A DNA stretch of 53,003 nucleotides from a virus (taxonomy: Duplodnaviria; Caudoviricetes): positions 1 through 53,003 of IMG/VR virus record IMGVR_UViG_3300030101_003060. One strand, 5' to 3'. Positions 27,201-36,763 of this stretch are shown here, piece by piece. Below the pieces are notes generated by a model that saw only the letters and a program-made list of their open reading frames with translations, was not told the origin of the DNA and made no database searches. Both the position numbers and the translations under genes were made by a program. Every line of letters begins with the position of its first letter. Position 1 is the stretch's first letter.

Positions 27201-27532
27201 GCCACTTCACGGACGTAAGTGGGGGGGTCGCAAACTACAAGTTCTTCAGGGGTTTGGTCTATAACTCAGAATCGGATTCTGTGGCAGTAACCGCATTTCC
27301 GACTAATTTCTCAGGCGAGATAATTGGAGATTCTGTAAAGAACGGGGAATCTGACGATTATGCCGCATTCACGACTACCGGCCTTACGACCAAGGGAAAA
27401 CACGGTATTCAAGACAGCGCCCTTAATCCGGGAATTGAAGTTTTCAGCCCTGATTTGGACTTCAAACTGATGGCGGTTATTTGCCGAGGCAGATCCACCA
27501 ATACTGATACCAGTGATAGGAACACGACATGA
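24242..27532 (+). CDS. tail nozzle / tubular protein B-like with inserted domain
   Basis: 1096 aa, beta-rich; IRWSSL..PELFP motif; precedes the ejection-type genes. Confidence 0.65.
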   Translation: MPEVNRRWVYPTITASENKGIERIALTGEGTAHEVVGVDGSRRFGCRPSSGFRLAHTLNVYQNFQGSNAANPDASRPFSDKAPPTQTKASTVLDCFPVNFQIREGEFAHGFVYRVQGAGVATSAIFMDYCPTNTVDSAAGWRTVLISDHKTPGVDSVNHVSPTAKMDVVSMGKYVFVLVQGRKPRVFYIEYDSVGTKATATFTFGAIDTTADATLKLIDSQGTEKTYMIRASSATASSQQFLRGASATECATNFKTLVESSNGHNGTITVLANQVSATDSTTAAGKIILTQATKGTGGNTAIASPSGNWNDNTSVNVGSAFTGGGTGATTYSHKIVNGGPGARPKVRNFGSDYNFPEKLYELNNVDGAGGNDDNTYGRYQQSVVTSETVPYGELIESAAGSDPGHANDEVIFHKFAAGGDYSFAYYLYDSETGRRTALCDVVSRGEKQNNKLSAEKFIGFAVEVDTEKYDQIYIFRSVRQQSAGGVYSGTLLHLDTIYNISDSEPLGAVTAAYKGITELQSHLNPDYGDGNSTGWKVFNVWYQLDDISLAMQDMYLDKTIIEDEMPYAASGVPFDGSLIVCDPQGETTLLSDNLDSKTRNIGEIRWSSLTERSPELFPINNKYSPDVYQNRVEHLSKAGEFAVGFSSDRLYHIRRNGIYLKIEDMHAGFGLASENGYASAGPLCYFITSKGLKAIANNGQLDDVQALDNLLLEDWYSDLSSVRLSFDPYASCLFILNPVKEQTVCMWFGTGRITELHDTDFTDIRSGIWPQTYTRNTYDDTTPTTTTTTSMVERTFFLQNHPQAGDLSNNITANWRPRVYIHDLDRDKVTVNSTDLSAGQPMLRTLDCTGDSIFTVHTSVAGSGVTVLTLKSGGTGTKNLSTTGGSGWELAGAKVYVISSDASTRVGTKATIVTCGKGTVTANGSGSQTITVDGDVSTLIQKNDVIAVSPVLFRYVGGALPMVRTEDMKVLTRFDLFQNKQVSSIGCHFTDVSGGVANYKFFRGLVYNSESDSVAVTAFPTNFSGEIIGDSVKNGESDDYAAFTTTGLTTKGKHGIQDSALNPGIEVFSPDLDFKLMAVICRGRSTNTDTSDRNTT

Positions 27533-28596
27533 GCATGTTTGGAGCATTTGGAAGTGGCGGGGTTTCTCCTACGGGGAATCTCCCTAATTACACCAACCAG
27601 ACTCCCGGAGGCTTTGGCAACCAACCTGCCCAGCAAAGTCCGTTCGGACAGTATCAGCAGTTCATGCAAGGGGAAGCCGAAAGAGATCCAAATATCCCTG
27701 AAGGCTTTATTCGAGATCCTCAAAACCCAGACATGATGATTGATCGTGGAAGGGGTGGCTTCTACGACGTTCAAACGTATTTGCCTGCTCCACAAGAAGG
27801 TCTTAGTGGCACCGAGCAGTACCAAGGTGCTGCAATGTCGGACTACATGAATCTTGTTGGGGCTAACCAGCAGAACTATGATGCCAAGATGGGTGCCTTT
27901 GGGGACTACCGAGACTCCATCATGGGGGGTGCCGATGCCATGCGACAGTCAGGCCAAGAAGGTCAGGCTCGAATGGATGAAATGGGTCAGAACCTTACCC
28001 AACAAGGTGAGCGATTGTCTGAATTGGGTGCAAGTCTTTACGATGAAACTCTTGCCCGAGGCGACAAGGCAATCGAGTCTTTTGATGATATGAGTGCTGC
28101 CCAGATTTCTTCTTCTAATCGAGGTATGACTCGTCAGCTTCAAAATGAATTCTCCCAAATGTCTGCTGGAGCCAAGATGGGAGATCCTGCCGCAATCCAA
28201 GGATTGGAAGATCTTCGTCAACGTCAGCAGGAATCCACAAACCAGACGATGACCAATATCTTTACTCAAAACAATCAGATGAAGTCAAATCTGATGATGC
28301 AGAATGCAGGTCTTGCTGGTCAAGCGGCAGGCACTCGTCTTGGATTTGAGCAAGGTCGAATGAGTTACGATCAACTCGCCACGTCTGTTCAGCAGTCAGG
28401 GGTTCAAATGGCCCAAGCCGCTGAAGCCCAAGCCGCTAACTTTGAGGCCCAAGGTTTGAGTCGATACGCCGATATGATTGCCGCCAACCCTTTCAGTCCA
28501 GTAGCCTTCTTGCCGACATTGTCTTCCTTCTACCAATTCTGGAGTACGCCGGGATCTGGTAACTTTGAAGGAATTAGTGACGAACTTCTTTTCTGA
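27529..28596 (+). CDS. internal virion / DNA ejection protein candidate
   Basis: Q/G/M/A-rich helical protein directly after the nozzle. Confidence 0.55.
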   Translation: MSMFGAFGSGGVSPTGNLPNYTNQTPGGFGNQPAQQSPFGQYQQFMQGEAERDPNIPEGFIRDPQNPDMMIDRGRGGFYDVQTYLPAPQEGLSGTEQYQGAAMSDYMNLVGANQQNYDAKMGAFGDYRDSIMGGADAMRQSGQEGQARMDEMGQNLTQQGERLSELGASLYDETLARGDKAIESFDDMSAAQISSSNRGMTRQLQNEFSQMSAGAKMGDPAAIQGLEDLRQRQQESTNQTMTNIFTQNNQMKSNLMMQNAGLAGQAAGTRLGFEQGRMSYDQLATSVQQSGVQMAQAAEAQAANFEAQGLSRYADMIAANPFSPVAFLPTLSSFYQFWSTPGSGNFEGISDELLF

Positions 28597-28604
28597 GGTA
28601 ACTA

Positions 28605-30377
28605 ATGAGCCGAATGCCCAATCAACCCCAGCCTATTTCCGCTGTTCCTAATCAAGTGGGACAACAGGTTGCAAGTGCAGGTGGTATGCAGTTGCAGAAG
28701 ATGCAACTTGACCAGCAGGCTGCGGCAGCCCAGAGACAACAGGAACTTGCTCGCCAGAAGATGATGCAAGACCAACAGCAGGCGGATCAAGCCTATGCTC
28801 TTGGCGTTAATCGTCTTAATCTTGCAGCCGCCACAACCGCAGGCGACCTTCAGTCAAAGGCGGAGTATCGTGATCTCCTCAAACAAAGAGCCGATATGGA
28901 GTCTGAGGATAATCGGCTTGCGAGAGAACAAAGAAGAGAGCAGTGGCAACAGGAGTACGACCTGAAAAAGAGCGTTCAAGATCGGACTTTTGCTTTGAAT
29001 CAGGCTCAAAGAGAAATGGAGCTTAAGATTCTTATGGCAGAAGAAGAAGCAGCCGGACCGGCAGCAGAAGCACTTGAACGTGTTCGTTTGGAAAAAGCGG
29101 AACTTGCCAGGAGAACTTACAATGCGGACAGGGAACGAAGGGGCGTTGGGAGAGATGCCAATAGGGAAGTTCGTAATGTTGTCCGAAACATTGAAAGTGC
29201 CCTAGACGGAGTCGATGAGGCCACTTCAAATATGTCCCATAATCTGGCTCAGAATTTGTCAGATACTAATTTTGCCCTTAAGCTCGGTACGTACTCGGAA
29301 TACGAAGATCCTCTTTCTATGGATTATGGTCCGGGGTGGCAAGCACTCTCAGACACTATGCACCAAACTATTGGTACACTTGGCGGAATGATGGGCATGA
29401 AATTGAACGCCCAAGAAATGTCAATGCTTAATGCTCTTAAGGCAGACAGTTGGTCTACTAACCCATTTACGTTAGGGCTTGGAACAGGCGAAGCGTTTAG
29501 TGACCCTTATCGGATAAAGAAAGATTTTGATCCGAAAGCCGAGATGGTGGGAAGAATCTCAAAGACTATTGTTGAGTCAATTCCCGGCATTGAGGGAGAT
29601 CTTCAAGACGAACAAGGCAATACCCGTAGATATGGAGAGGCCACTCTGACTGGTGATTTCCGTAAAGGTATGCTTCAAGCGGCTGTTCGCAGGTTTTATG
29701 GGCAAATGGATAAAGCCCCAAATGATGCAGCCACAGACAAGGCTTGGGCTGAACTGAACAACGCTGCGAAAATTGCAGAAGTTAATCCTCTCGTTCTTCA
29801 AAGAGCGATTGGCATGGCAGCAAGAACCACCAAATCCAAATACCACGCATATTCAAACCTCGGCATCCCGCAGAGTTGGGATAATTATTCTGAAGACGAG
29901 GCTCAGAGAGAATATCAACTGGTACTTAATCCGGGAACAGACGCAGAAACCACCACGGTAATGAATGGCATTGATGCTTGGATTGCCAACAGGTTCTGGG
30001 GAGACAAGGGAAATGTCGAAGGGATCCTTAGAGCAGGTGCTTCCGCTACTGGCTTTGAAGATCTTGAGGCAGTAAGAGATGCTTTTTCTGCTCAACTGGA
30101 CGAGCTTAACGTCGATCAGTACGGTCTTTTGATGGATGAACGTGGCGACTTTTTGGATCAGGTTGGTATTGATGTTGATCCCACCAGTGCCCTCTTTGAT
30201 CGGTTGGGCGAACTCGATAGAACACAACAAGACATTGAATCAGAACAACAGTTGATTGATTTGGATGCTCCCGCAGAAATCAACAGGCTGAAGATAAGCC
30301 AAGATGCCGCAGTAAGACGAGCAACGATTGACGCTTATCGAGAATTGATTGATACCGAACGGGGTCTTGCGCCGTGA
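28605..30377 (+). CDS. internal virion / ejection protein candidate (coiled coil)
   Basis: Q-rich N-terminus, long helices, GAGGT RBS. Confidence 0.55.
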   Translation: MSRMPNQPQPISAVPNQVGQQVASAGGMQLQKMQLDQQAAAAQRQQELARQKMMQDQQQADQAYALGVNRLNLAAATTAGDLQSKAEYRDLLKQRADMESEDNRLAREQRREQWQQEYDLKKSVQDRTFALNQAQREMELKILMAEEEAAGPAAEALERVRLEKAELARRTYNADRERRGVGRDANREVRNVVRNIESALDGVDEATSNMSHNLAQNLSDTNFALKLGTYSEYEDPLSMDYGPGWQALSDTMHQTIGTLGGMMGMKLNAQEMSMLNALKADSWSTNPFTLGLGTGEAFSDPYRIKKDFDPKAEMVGRISKTIVESIPGIEGDLQDEQGNTRRYGEATLTGDFRKGMLQAAVRRFYGQMDKAPNDAATDKAWAELNNAAKIAEVNPLVLQRAIGMAARTTKSKYHAYSNLGIPQSWDNYSEDEAQREYQLVLNPGTDAETTTVMNGIDAWIANRFWGDKGNVEGILRAGASATGFEDLEAVRDAFSAQLDELNVDQYGLLMDERGDFLDQVGIDVDPTSALFDRLGELDRTQQDIESEQQLIDLDAPAEINRLKISQDAAVRRATIDAYRELIDTERGLAP

Positions 30378-30703
30378 GAAACTGGAAGCAAATAGCCCAG
30401 AACACATCTGACTACCACCCTAGTGGGGGGATTGTTCTGGACGCTCCCGAGTTGTCTGAATTGGACCTCCCCGAAGGCTCCGTCTTCTACCGCCATGAGT
30501 CCCCCCACTTTGAGGTGGAGGGGGACGCTCTCCGGCCCAAGGACATCCGCCAGTTCCTTTGGGACCACCGCAACCTCCGGTGCCTTAAAAGAGATCGGGC
30601 TTTTATTTGGTCGGAATACGATTCTAAATCCGATATTTCCCGAGTAGGCTTAGGCACACTTACTGTTGAAGAGGCAGTTGAAAGGCTCGATAATGGCTAC
30701 TAG
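30374..30703 (+). CDS. hypothetical protein
   Basis: GTGA-coupled 109-aa ORF. Confidence 0.65.
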   Translation: MRNWKQIAQNTSDYHPSGGIVLDAPELSELDLPEGSVFYRHESPHFEVEGDALRPKDIRQFLWDHRNLRCLKRDRAFIWSEYDSKSDISRVGLGTLTVEEAVERLDNGY

Positions 30704-31502
30704 AATTCCTGATCTTTCAGGGGAAGAACTTGTCCTCCTTGAAGCACTTTTGTCAGGGAATGATCCTGTAACTCCTATGGGGGCTTTCGGCAGGGGTGGG
30801 GGAATGCCTAGGGGTAGGACCTTGGAGTCCATCCGCCAACTTATAAATGCGGGTGATGAGCCTTTGCTGTTTGCTCAGGAATCACCTCTCCGTACTGGCG
30901 GAGTTAGTGACTTTGAGGCTGCTCTTGAAGAGGCTTCGGAGCCTGCCCGTCGTAGAGGATTCCGGGAAGGTGCCAGAAGGGGCCTTGAGCGAGGGAGAGA
31001 AAAGGGTATTGCCGCAGGCGAAAGGGCTGGCCGAACAGCGGGCCGTCGTGAAATGGCTAAAAGGCTTAAGGCCGGAGGCCGACTCCCTAAACTTGGGGGG
31101 ACTGGAATTGCAGGCAAGCTAGGGATTCCAAAGGGTATTGGAGGAAAACTCCTTTGGGGTGGCGGTGTCCTTGGTACGGCAATGCTGGCCTTTGATATTT
31201 TGAATATGCTCCGTAGCTCAACTACTGATACTCCCACAACTAGGGCAAGAGACTCTTACGGTCAGAATGTTATGGCGGATATGCGTAGGATGAATACGCC
31301 TACGGATCGTCAGCAACTAAGAGATTCCCGACTCTTCAGAGACCTTTCTCAGGCAACTGCCAATCAGAGAGATTCTCCTGTTCCTATGTCTCCTGAACTT
31401 CGTGATTTGATCCGCACAGATCCGAATGTTTTGTATAAGATGCGTCAGCAGATGAACCCCAGTTTGCGTGAAGCCTATGCAAGGGCGGGTCTTATTCAAT
31501 GA
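30693..31502 (+). CDS. R/G-rich putative virion protein with a hydrophobic segment
   Basis: G(F/L)xxG repeats; LLWGGGVLGTAMLAF. Confidence 0.65.
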   Translation: MATRIPDLSGEELVLLEALLSGNDPVTPMGAFGRGGGMPRGRTLESIRQLINAGDEPLLFAQESPLRTGGVSDFEAALEEASEPARRRGFREGARRGLERGREKGIAAGERAGRTAGRREMAKRLKAGGRLPKLGGTGIAGKLGIPKGIGGKLLWGGGVLGTAMLAFDILNMLRSSTTDTPTTRARDSYGQNVMADMRRMNTPTDRQQLRDSRLFRDLSQATANQRDSPVPMSPELRDLIRTDPNVLYKMRQQMNPSLREAYARAGLIQ

Positions 31503-31987
31503 GCAGACTTCGAGGATTAAAAAGTTTCTTTAAGCACGCTGCGGGCTTCGGTCCAAAAGATAGTGCAAGAGGATTTGCACGCAATCACCCGATTGCTACT
31601 GCCGGTCTTGTTGGTACTGGAGGTCTTTTCCTAGGAGAAGACGTTGTTGCTCCTATTGCAGGAGGACTTAACGATCTTATTAATCCCTTGGAGTGGCATG
31701 AAGATGCTCTTAGGGAAACAGAAGCCTTTGATCGTTATCAAGAAACCGCATCCAATAAGATTTCTCGCAAGCTAGAAGCCGAACGACTCAGCAATATGGT
31801 TGAGCGGAACATGGCGGCTGTTGCAAGAAACGATCCTCATCTTTACAAGCAAGTTATGGCGGGGCGTGTCCTGCCTAAAGGTGCCGTTGTCTTGGGAGGT
31901 CCAAGACGGCAAGATCTCATGGAGGAATTGGCCTACGCAATGGGCACCTCCTCGTCCCCAGAGGAATTTACCTCTCTCATTTCGTAG
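31499..31987 (+). CDS. hypothetical protein with a glycine-zipper-like segment
   Basis: ATAGLVGTGGLFLG; ATGA-coupled. Confidence 0.65.
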   Translation: MSRLRGLKSFFKHAAGFGPKDSARGFARNHPIATAGLVGTGGLFLGEDVVAPIAGGLNDLINPLEWHEDALRETEAFDRYQETASNKISRKLEAERLSNMVERNMAAVARNDPHLYKQVMAGRVLPKGAVVLGGPRRQDLMEELAYAMGTSSSPEEFTSLIS

Positions 31988-31998
31988 GAATTTAAATA

Positions 31999-32811
31999 AT
32001 GTCCGCTATTGACAAGAATCAATATCCCGACCTGTTCGATGTAAAGCGTTTTGAAGCCTTCAACCCCGGCGCTGTGGATAACCATGACCTTGATTGGTTT
32101 CACGACAAGGACATTTACATCGACAGTGTTTGGATCAAGTACGGGACTGCTGCGGGCAGTACCTCTGTCGCAGGTCTTGGATGGTCTGCCCCCCACGCCA
32201 CTCTTGACACCAGCACCGAAGACGAGTTCATTACCATGATCGCCACGGGTCGTGATATGAACACCACCACCGACACTTGGGTGGAAGTCACGATGGAGAG
32301 TGGTGGTGCCGCTGCCTCTGGTCAGATCGAGTGTCTTGATGCTACTCCCGGCAACTACACCGGCGACACTCTTGAAATCACTGACGCTCAAGGCACCAAG
32401 AAGACTTACAAGTTTTCAACGAGTGGTGCCGCTGGCGATATCAACGCTGATCACACCATTAACGTCGTTGCTGCCACCGATGCTGCGGGAGTTGCTGCTG
32501 CAATCAAGGCTGCGGTTGAACACGCCAACGGCCACAACGGTACTCTGACAGCGACTGTCTCTACGGCAAAGGTCACTCTCCTCAACACCATTAAGAGTGC
32601 AGGTGGAAACAGCACTGTTCTTGCTCCGAAGATTGTGACTTCTGATGCTGCGGACACTCGTATCAACGAGCAGTTTGGTGGCGGTCGTGATCAGGGCCAT
32701 GAAGGATTCGTCCCTCAGGGTTCGACTCTCCTGCTCGTTGGTACCGCTAACCTTCCGGCCACTCTTGATGAAGTCGAAGTCTTCTTCCGGTACCGCGAAC
32801 GATCCTCCTGA
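31999..32811 (+). CDS. abundant structural (decoration-like) protein with inserted domain
   Basis: MCP-like codon bias; AGGA RBS; shares a domain with the 24242 ORF. Confidence 0.6.
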   Translation: MSAIDKNQYPDLFDVKRFEAFNPGAVDNHDLDWFHDKDIYIDSVWIKYGTAAGSTSVAGLGWSAPHATLDTSTEDEFITMIATGRDMNTTTDTWVEVTMESGGAAASGQIECLDATPGNYTGDTLEITDAQGTKKTYKFSTSGAAGDINADHTINVVAATDAAGVAAAIKAAVEHANGHNGTLTATVSTAKVTLLNTIKSAGGNSTVLAPKIVTSDAADTRINEQFGGGRDQGHEGFVPQGSTLLLVGTANLPATLDEVEVFFRYRERSS

Positions 32812-35800
32812 TGTCAGAACGCTTCGACGAGGAAGGCTTCGTCGCAGGATCGTTTGATCCCATCAAGATCTATGATGCTCCTATGGTGGCATTGTCCCAG
32901 ATCTTTGACGGAGAAGCATCTTGGCGAAGTCTTAAAGATACCTTCTTGGATCCCTCCGCGCTGTCGCCAGCAGAGAGGGACTCCTTTATTGGTCGTATCA
33001 AGCAGTCAACGGGTAACAACCCTCTGACGAATTCCGTCATTGATGTTGCCACTAACCCGTTTGTGTGGCTGTTGTTTGTTACCAGCCCTGCCGCAGCGAA
33101 TGCGTTGAAAAAGGGAGGCAAGGTATTTAGTGGCCTTGCCAAAAAGCATGGAGAGGGGGGCGAGTATTTCCGATTCGTTACGGGACAATACTCCCCCCTG
33201 AAGATGTTGGGGTTGTTGAATGCCCACCAGTTGGGTGCAGGCACTCCTCTTAATCCTCTCCTCCATTCCATCCAGAGTCGTTTCTCTGAACTGGCAAACA
33301 AGGACACGCTAAGTAGGAAGCCTTTCCTTGACGGGGTCCTTGACACCATCTCAAAGAAGTTCGGGGTTGAAGTCACCAGCCTTGATCCCGACCGGGCCGC
33401 AGCAGCCAAGGCTGTAGTGGGGGGAGAAACGGTAACTCTTAAGGACTACCTTAAGAAGGCCAACGTCTACTCTCACATGCACATGGCGGGCATGAATAAA
33501 GACATGCTCAAGTCTTCAGCGGAGTTGGCTGAGAACTTCAAGCTGAAGATGTCTTTGGGGAGCAAGAATTATTCTGCCCCAGTCCCCACCAAGACAAAGG
33601 CCCGCATTGACGATCTCCAAAACAAGATCTGGAATATCCGTAATCAGGTGATGAAGATCATCAAGGAAGAGGGCAGAGATCCTGTAGCATTGACAGCGAT
33701 CCTCAAGCATAGGATCAACCAGCGGAACCGAATAGTCAAAGCCGTCTTCAAGAAAGAAGGAATTGATGTCGGGGATATAGGGATCAGGGATTCTCCTAGA
33801 ATCCAAACCACTCCTATTCTGCCTGACAAGTTTGCCTTTGAAGAAGGAGGGCCTCTTCGAGTCCATTCCGTTCAAAAGGAAGTGCAGGCCATTGACGGTG
33901 AAAATGTCAGTGGCAAGTGGCTTGAACGTGAGGGGTTCATGCCTCTCCTTGACTTCAGTAAGTCGATGCAAAAGTCTCGATACGTTGAATTGTTTGCAGA
34001 CGAGAATGCTTGGGCTGAGACAGGCAAGATCGTCTACGACGAAAACAAAATCCTCCGTATCTTCCATAGTCTTTCTACCAACCCCAACAGCAAGTCGGCG
34101 GTAGAAATCTCAAACGTCCTTGACAAGGAACTCGCAGGACATGTAGGCCCGAACGCCTTCAATAAGATCATAGACATGATCACTCCTGACGAGAAGGGCC
34201 GGGTCAAGATGTCGATTTCTCAGTTCAAAGACCTATTGGTTTCGGTTCGTAGCACTTCCGATGACATGGACAACTACATGTCTCGCAATGTCTGGACCTA
34301 CGTTGAACCCCCCACTGAAGTTATGGGTGGCCCTCGTAAGTACCGTACCGACAGTATTCGTGTTTCCGCCAAAGACCGTAACCCAAGTGTTTCCGGTCGA
34401 GTTCAAGAGCGTATCATTGAAACCCCTTACATTGATACTGACGACCTTAGTATTCTTTGGGATGATTACGAAAAGCTGGGGCTGGCTAAAAGCGATAAGG
34501 CCAACAACCTAAAAAACCAGTTGATCAGGTCAAGAAAATTCGAGTTGAATGCAGGCAGTGCAGAAGGCGGTCGAGTTCAGGTTATGAATCTGGACTACGA
34601 AACCTCCTTTAACCGCTACCTCAACTCCACCCGTAATGACCTTGTGCTTCACATTGATGACGCTTGGCAAGATCGCCATTTGATGTCTGCCCGAGAGCAG
34701 CCCGAATGGGCACAGATGATTAAGTCTGGCCGCCCCGGCACCAGAAGAGTCAAGGCTCGAAGGGCCTTGGAAGCCGAAGGCTCAATGGGCCGTACTAGGT
34801 ATGACCACCTCAAGTTCATCACTGACAGTATGGCTACCACAGATGATATTGCTGGTAGGCGTGGAGGAGAATACACACGCGACTTTGTGATGGACACTCT
34901 CATTGAAAGAATGAGAGGGGCCAAGCCCATGAAGGACATGATAAGCGAACATGCAACCATGTCTGCGGTCAAGGCTGCTGCCACACTTGCAAACAGTAAG
35001 GCGTTCAAAAAGATCGAGAGCATGGGAGGGTACGGGGCAAGGTTCGTACAGAAACTCCGTGAGTATGGAGACATGAACCTCACAGATACCCGAGGCCAAG
35101 AGGCAGGTCGGGGTCTTACGAAGTTGTTCTATCTCTCTCACCTTGGATTCAATCTGTCTTCGGTTGCCCTCAACCTGATGCAACCTCTTCTTTATGCTGC
35201 AAACTGGACTGATCCTGGTGTTCTCATCAAAGCCTACAGCAATGCTTTCAGGCAATACTTTGGGTATATCGCTGACCGAAGGAAGCTCCCTCTAAATGCA
35301 GACAAGGCTCTTGTTGATGAGTTGAGGGGTAAGCATTTCCGCCTGTCCAATGTCTCAAGAGAAGGCGGCAAGTTTGGTGATGATCTCCTTGACATCCGTG
35401 CTACAGACTTTGAACTCTATGACTCTCAAGCCTTTGCAGGCAGTGAAACAAGAGGTCGTACTGGGTTGAGTTGGTGGGCTACTGATGCCCCCATGAAAAT
35501 GTTCACGCACTCAGAACTCTTCAACCGTATCGTTACGGGCGAAGCAATTCTTGAGCAGTCAAAGAAAGCGGGGAGGCTTTCCGGCCTCAACTACGACACC
35601 GCCTCCAAGACCTATCGTGTAGTGGGGGGAGGGAAGTTCTCTGATATCGAGTTGATGCAGAACACAAAGGACATGGTGCAGAACACCCAGTTCGGTTCTG
35701 ACCTGATGAACAGCCCCAAGCTGTTTCAGGATTCAGGATGGGGTGTCCCTTGGGTCCGTCAGTTCTTTACGTTCCCTGTCCGTACCATTACCGCATGGAC

Positions 35801-36755
35801 TGACTCTGCTCCCATGATTGATCAAGGCCGTCGTACATGGGGAGCCTTGGGCTTTACAACCCAAGGACGGTACACGGCAATGGCCCACGATCTCATGAGG
35901 ATGATGGGGACCAGTGCCATCATCTACGAGGTGGGCAAGAATGCAGCGGGCGTGGATATGTCTAGGGGCCTTGCTGGGCAGGCGATGTATGAATCGTCTA
36001 CTGTTGCCCCATTCCTTCTTGAAGAAGAGTCGAACGCCTCCTACAACCTGCCCCTTTCCCCCGCCTTTGATGTAGTCGTTGATTCATTCAGAGCAATAAC
36101 TGATGATGACAAGAGTCTTATTGGATCTCTTGCTCCAAGGTTTATTCCGGGAGGCATTTCATTCTCTCGTATGTTGAATGTTGCCCCTCGAATTGCAGAC
36201 CAAAAGGGCTACCTCGGAGGACTTCAAAGAGAGTCCGCTGATTGGGGAGCCATGAATGAGCAGGGCCAAATCCCAATCTACCGTGCTGACGGTAGCCTCT
36301 TGGAGTATAGGAGTGCAGCCAAAACCATTATGGGGGCTATGGGGTTCGGTACTTATATGTTCCAGAACGACAAGGAGTTGAATTCTTTCCTTGTCAAAAA
36401 CCGCCAAGCAGTCATTGATGAAAGACGTAAGTACCTTGATGCTGTCCTTGCCAACAACATGAGCAAGGCTGCGGGAGTCAAGGCAAACTTCGAGAAGCGA
36501 TTCAAGTTCCCCTTGACCATCACAAAGGATCAGGTGGATCGAGCAATTCAACTCCGTGAAGTTCCGCTCAAGGAACGCATGTACCAAAGGTTGCAGCCTG
36601 ACTTCCGTCCCGTCGTGAAACCATACCTGATGGAACGTATGGAAACACTCAAGGCCCGCAATGAAGAAGAGTTGGATCTGTCTACTGCGGAGAAGGCAAG
36701 GGTCTTGCCCTCTACCTTTGAAACATACGACCCGTATTCTGCGGTTACAGAGTAG
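32811..36755 (+). CDS. large internal virion / ejection protein
   Basis: 1314 aa; LGFNLSSVALNLMQ and TQF....P.....QFFTFP motifs typical of large podoviral core proteins. Confidence 0.65.
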   Translation: MSERFDEEGFVAGSFDPIKIYDAPMVALSQIFDGEASWRSLKDTFLDPSALSPAERDSFIGRIKQSTGNNPLTNSVIDVATNPFVWLLFVTSPAAANALKKGGKVFSGLAKKHGEGGEYFRFVTGQYSPLKMLGLLNAHQLGAGTPLNPLLHSIQSRFSELANKDTLSRKPFLDGVLDTISKKFGVEVTSLDPDRAAAAKAVVGGETVTLKDYLKKANVYSHMHMAGMNKDMLKSSAELAENFKLKMSLGSKNYSAPVPTKTKARIDDLQNKIWNIRNQVMKIIKEEGRDPVALTAILKHRINQRNRIVKAVFKKEGIDVGDIGIRDSPRIQTTPILPDKFAFEEGGPLRVHSVQKEVQAIDGENVSGKWLEREGFMPLLDFSKSMQKSRYVELFADENAWAETGKIVYDENKILRIFHSLSTNPNSKSAVEISNVLDKELAGHVGPNAFNKIIDMITPDEKGRVKMSISQFKDLLVSVRSTSDDMDNYMSRNVWTYVEPPTEVMGGPRKYRTDSIRVSAKDRNPSVSGRVQERIIETPYIDTDDLSILWDDYEKLGLAKSDKANNLKNQLIRSRKFELNAGSAEGGRVQVMNLDYETSFNRYLNSTRNDLVLHIDDAWQDRHLMSAREQPEWAQMIKSGRPGTRRVKARRALEAEGSMGRTRYDHLKFITDSMATTDDIAGRRGGEYTRDFVMDTLIERMRGAKPMKDMISEHATMSAVKAAATLANSKAFKKIESMGGYGARFVQKLREYGDMNLTDTRGQEAGRGLTKLFYLSHLGFNLSSVALNLMQPLLYAANWTDPGVLIKAYSNAFRQYFGYIADRRKLPLNADKALVDELRGKHFRLSNVSREGGKFGDDLLDIRATDFELYDSQAFAGSETRGRTGLSWWATDAPMKMFTHSELFNRIVTGEAILEQSKKAGRLSGLNYDTASKTYRVVGGGKFSDIELMQNTKDMVQNTQFGSDLMNSPKLFQDSGWGVPWVRQFFTFPVRTITAWTDSAPMIDQGRRTWGALGFTTQGRYTAMAHDLMRMMGTSAIIYEVGKNAAGVDMSRGLAGQAMYESSTVAPFLLEEESNASYNLPLSPAFDVVVDSFRAITDDDKSLIGSLAPRFIPGGISFSRMLNVAPRIADQKGYLGGLQRESADWGAMNEQGQIPIYRADGSLLEYRSAAKTIMGAMGFGTYMFQNDKELNSFLVKNRQAVIDERRKYLDAVLANNMSKAAGVKANFEKRFKFPLTITKDQVDRAIQLREVPLKERMYQRLQPDFRPVVKPYLMERMETLKARNEEELDLSTAEKARVLPSTFETYDPYSAVTE

Positions 36756-36763
36756 GTGCTTTC

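Noticed and set aside
32811-36755. Virion RNA polymerase (N4- or crAss-like) that could explain the hairpins
   Set aside because: No DxDGD or T7-type polymerase motifs seen; size and motifs fit an ejection protein.
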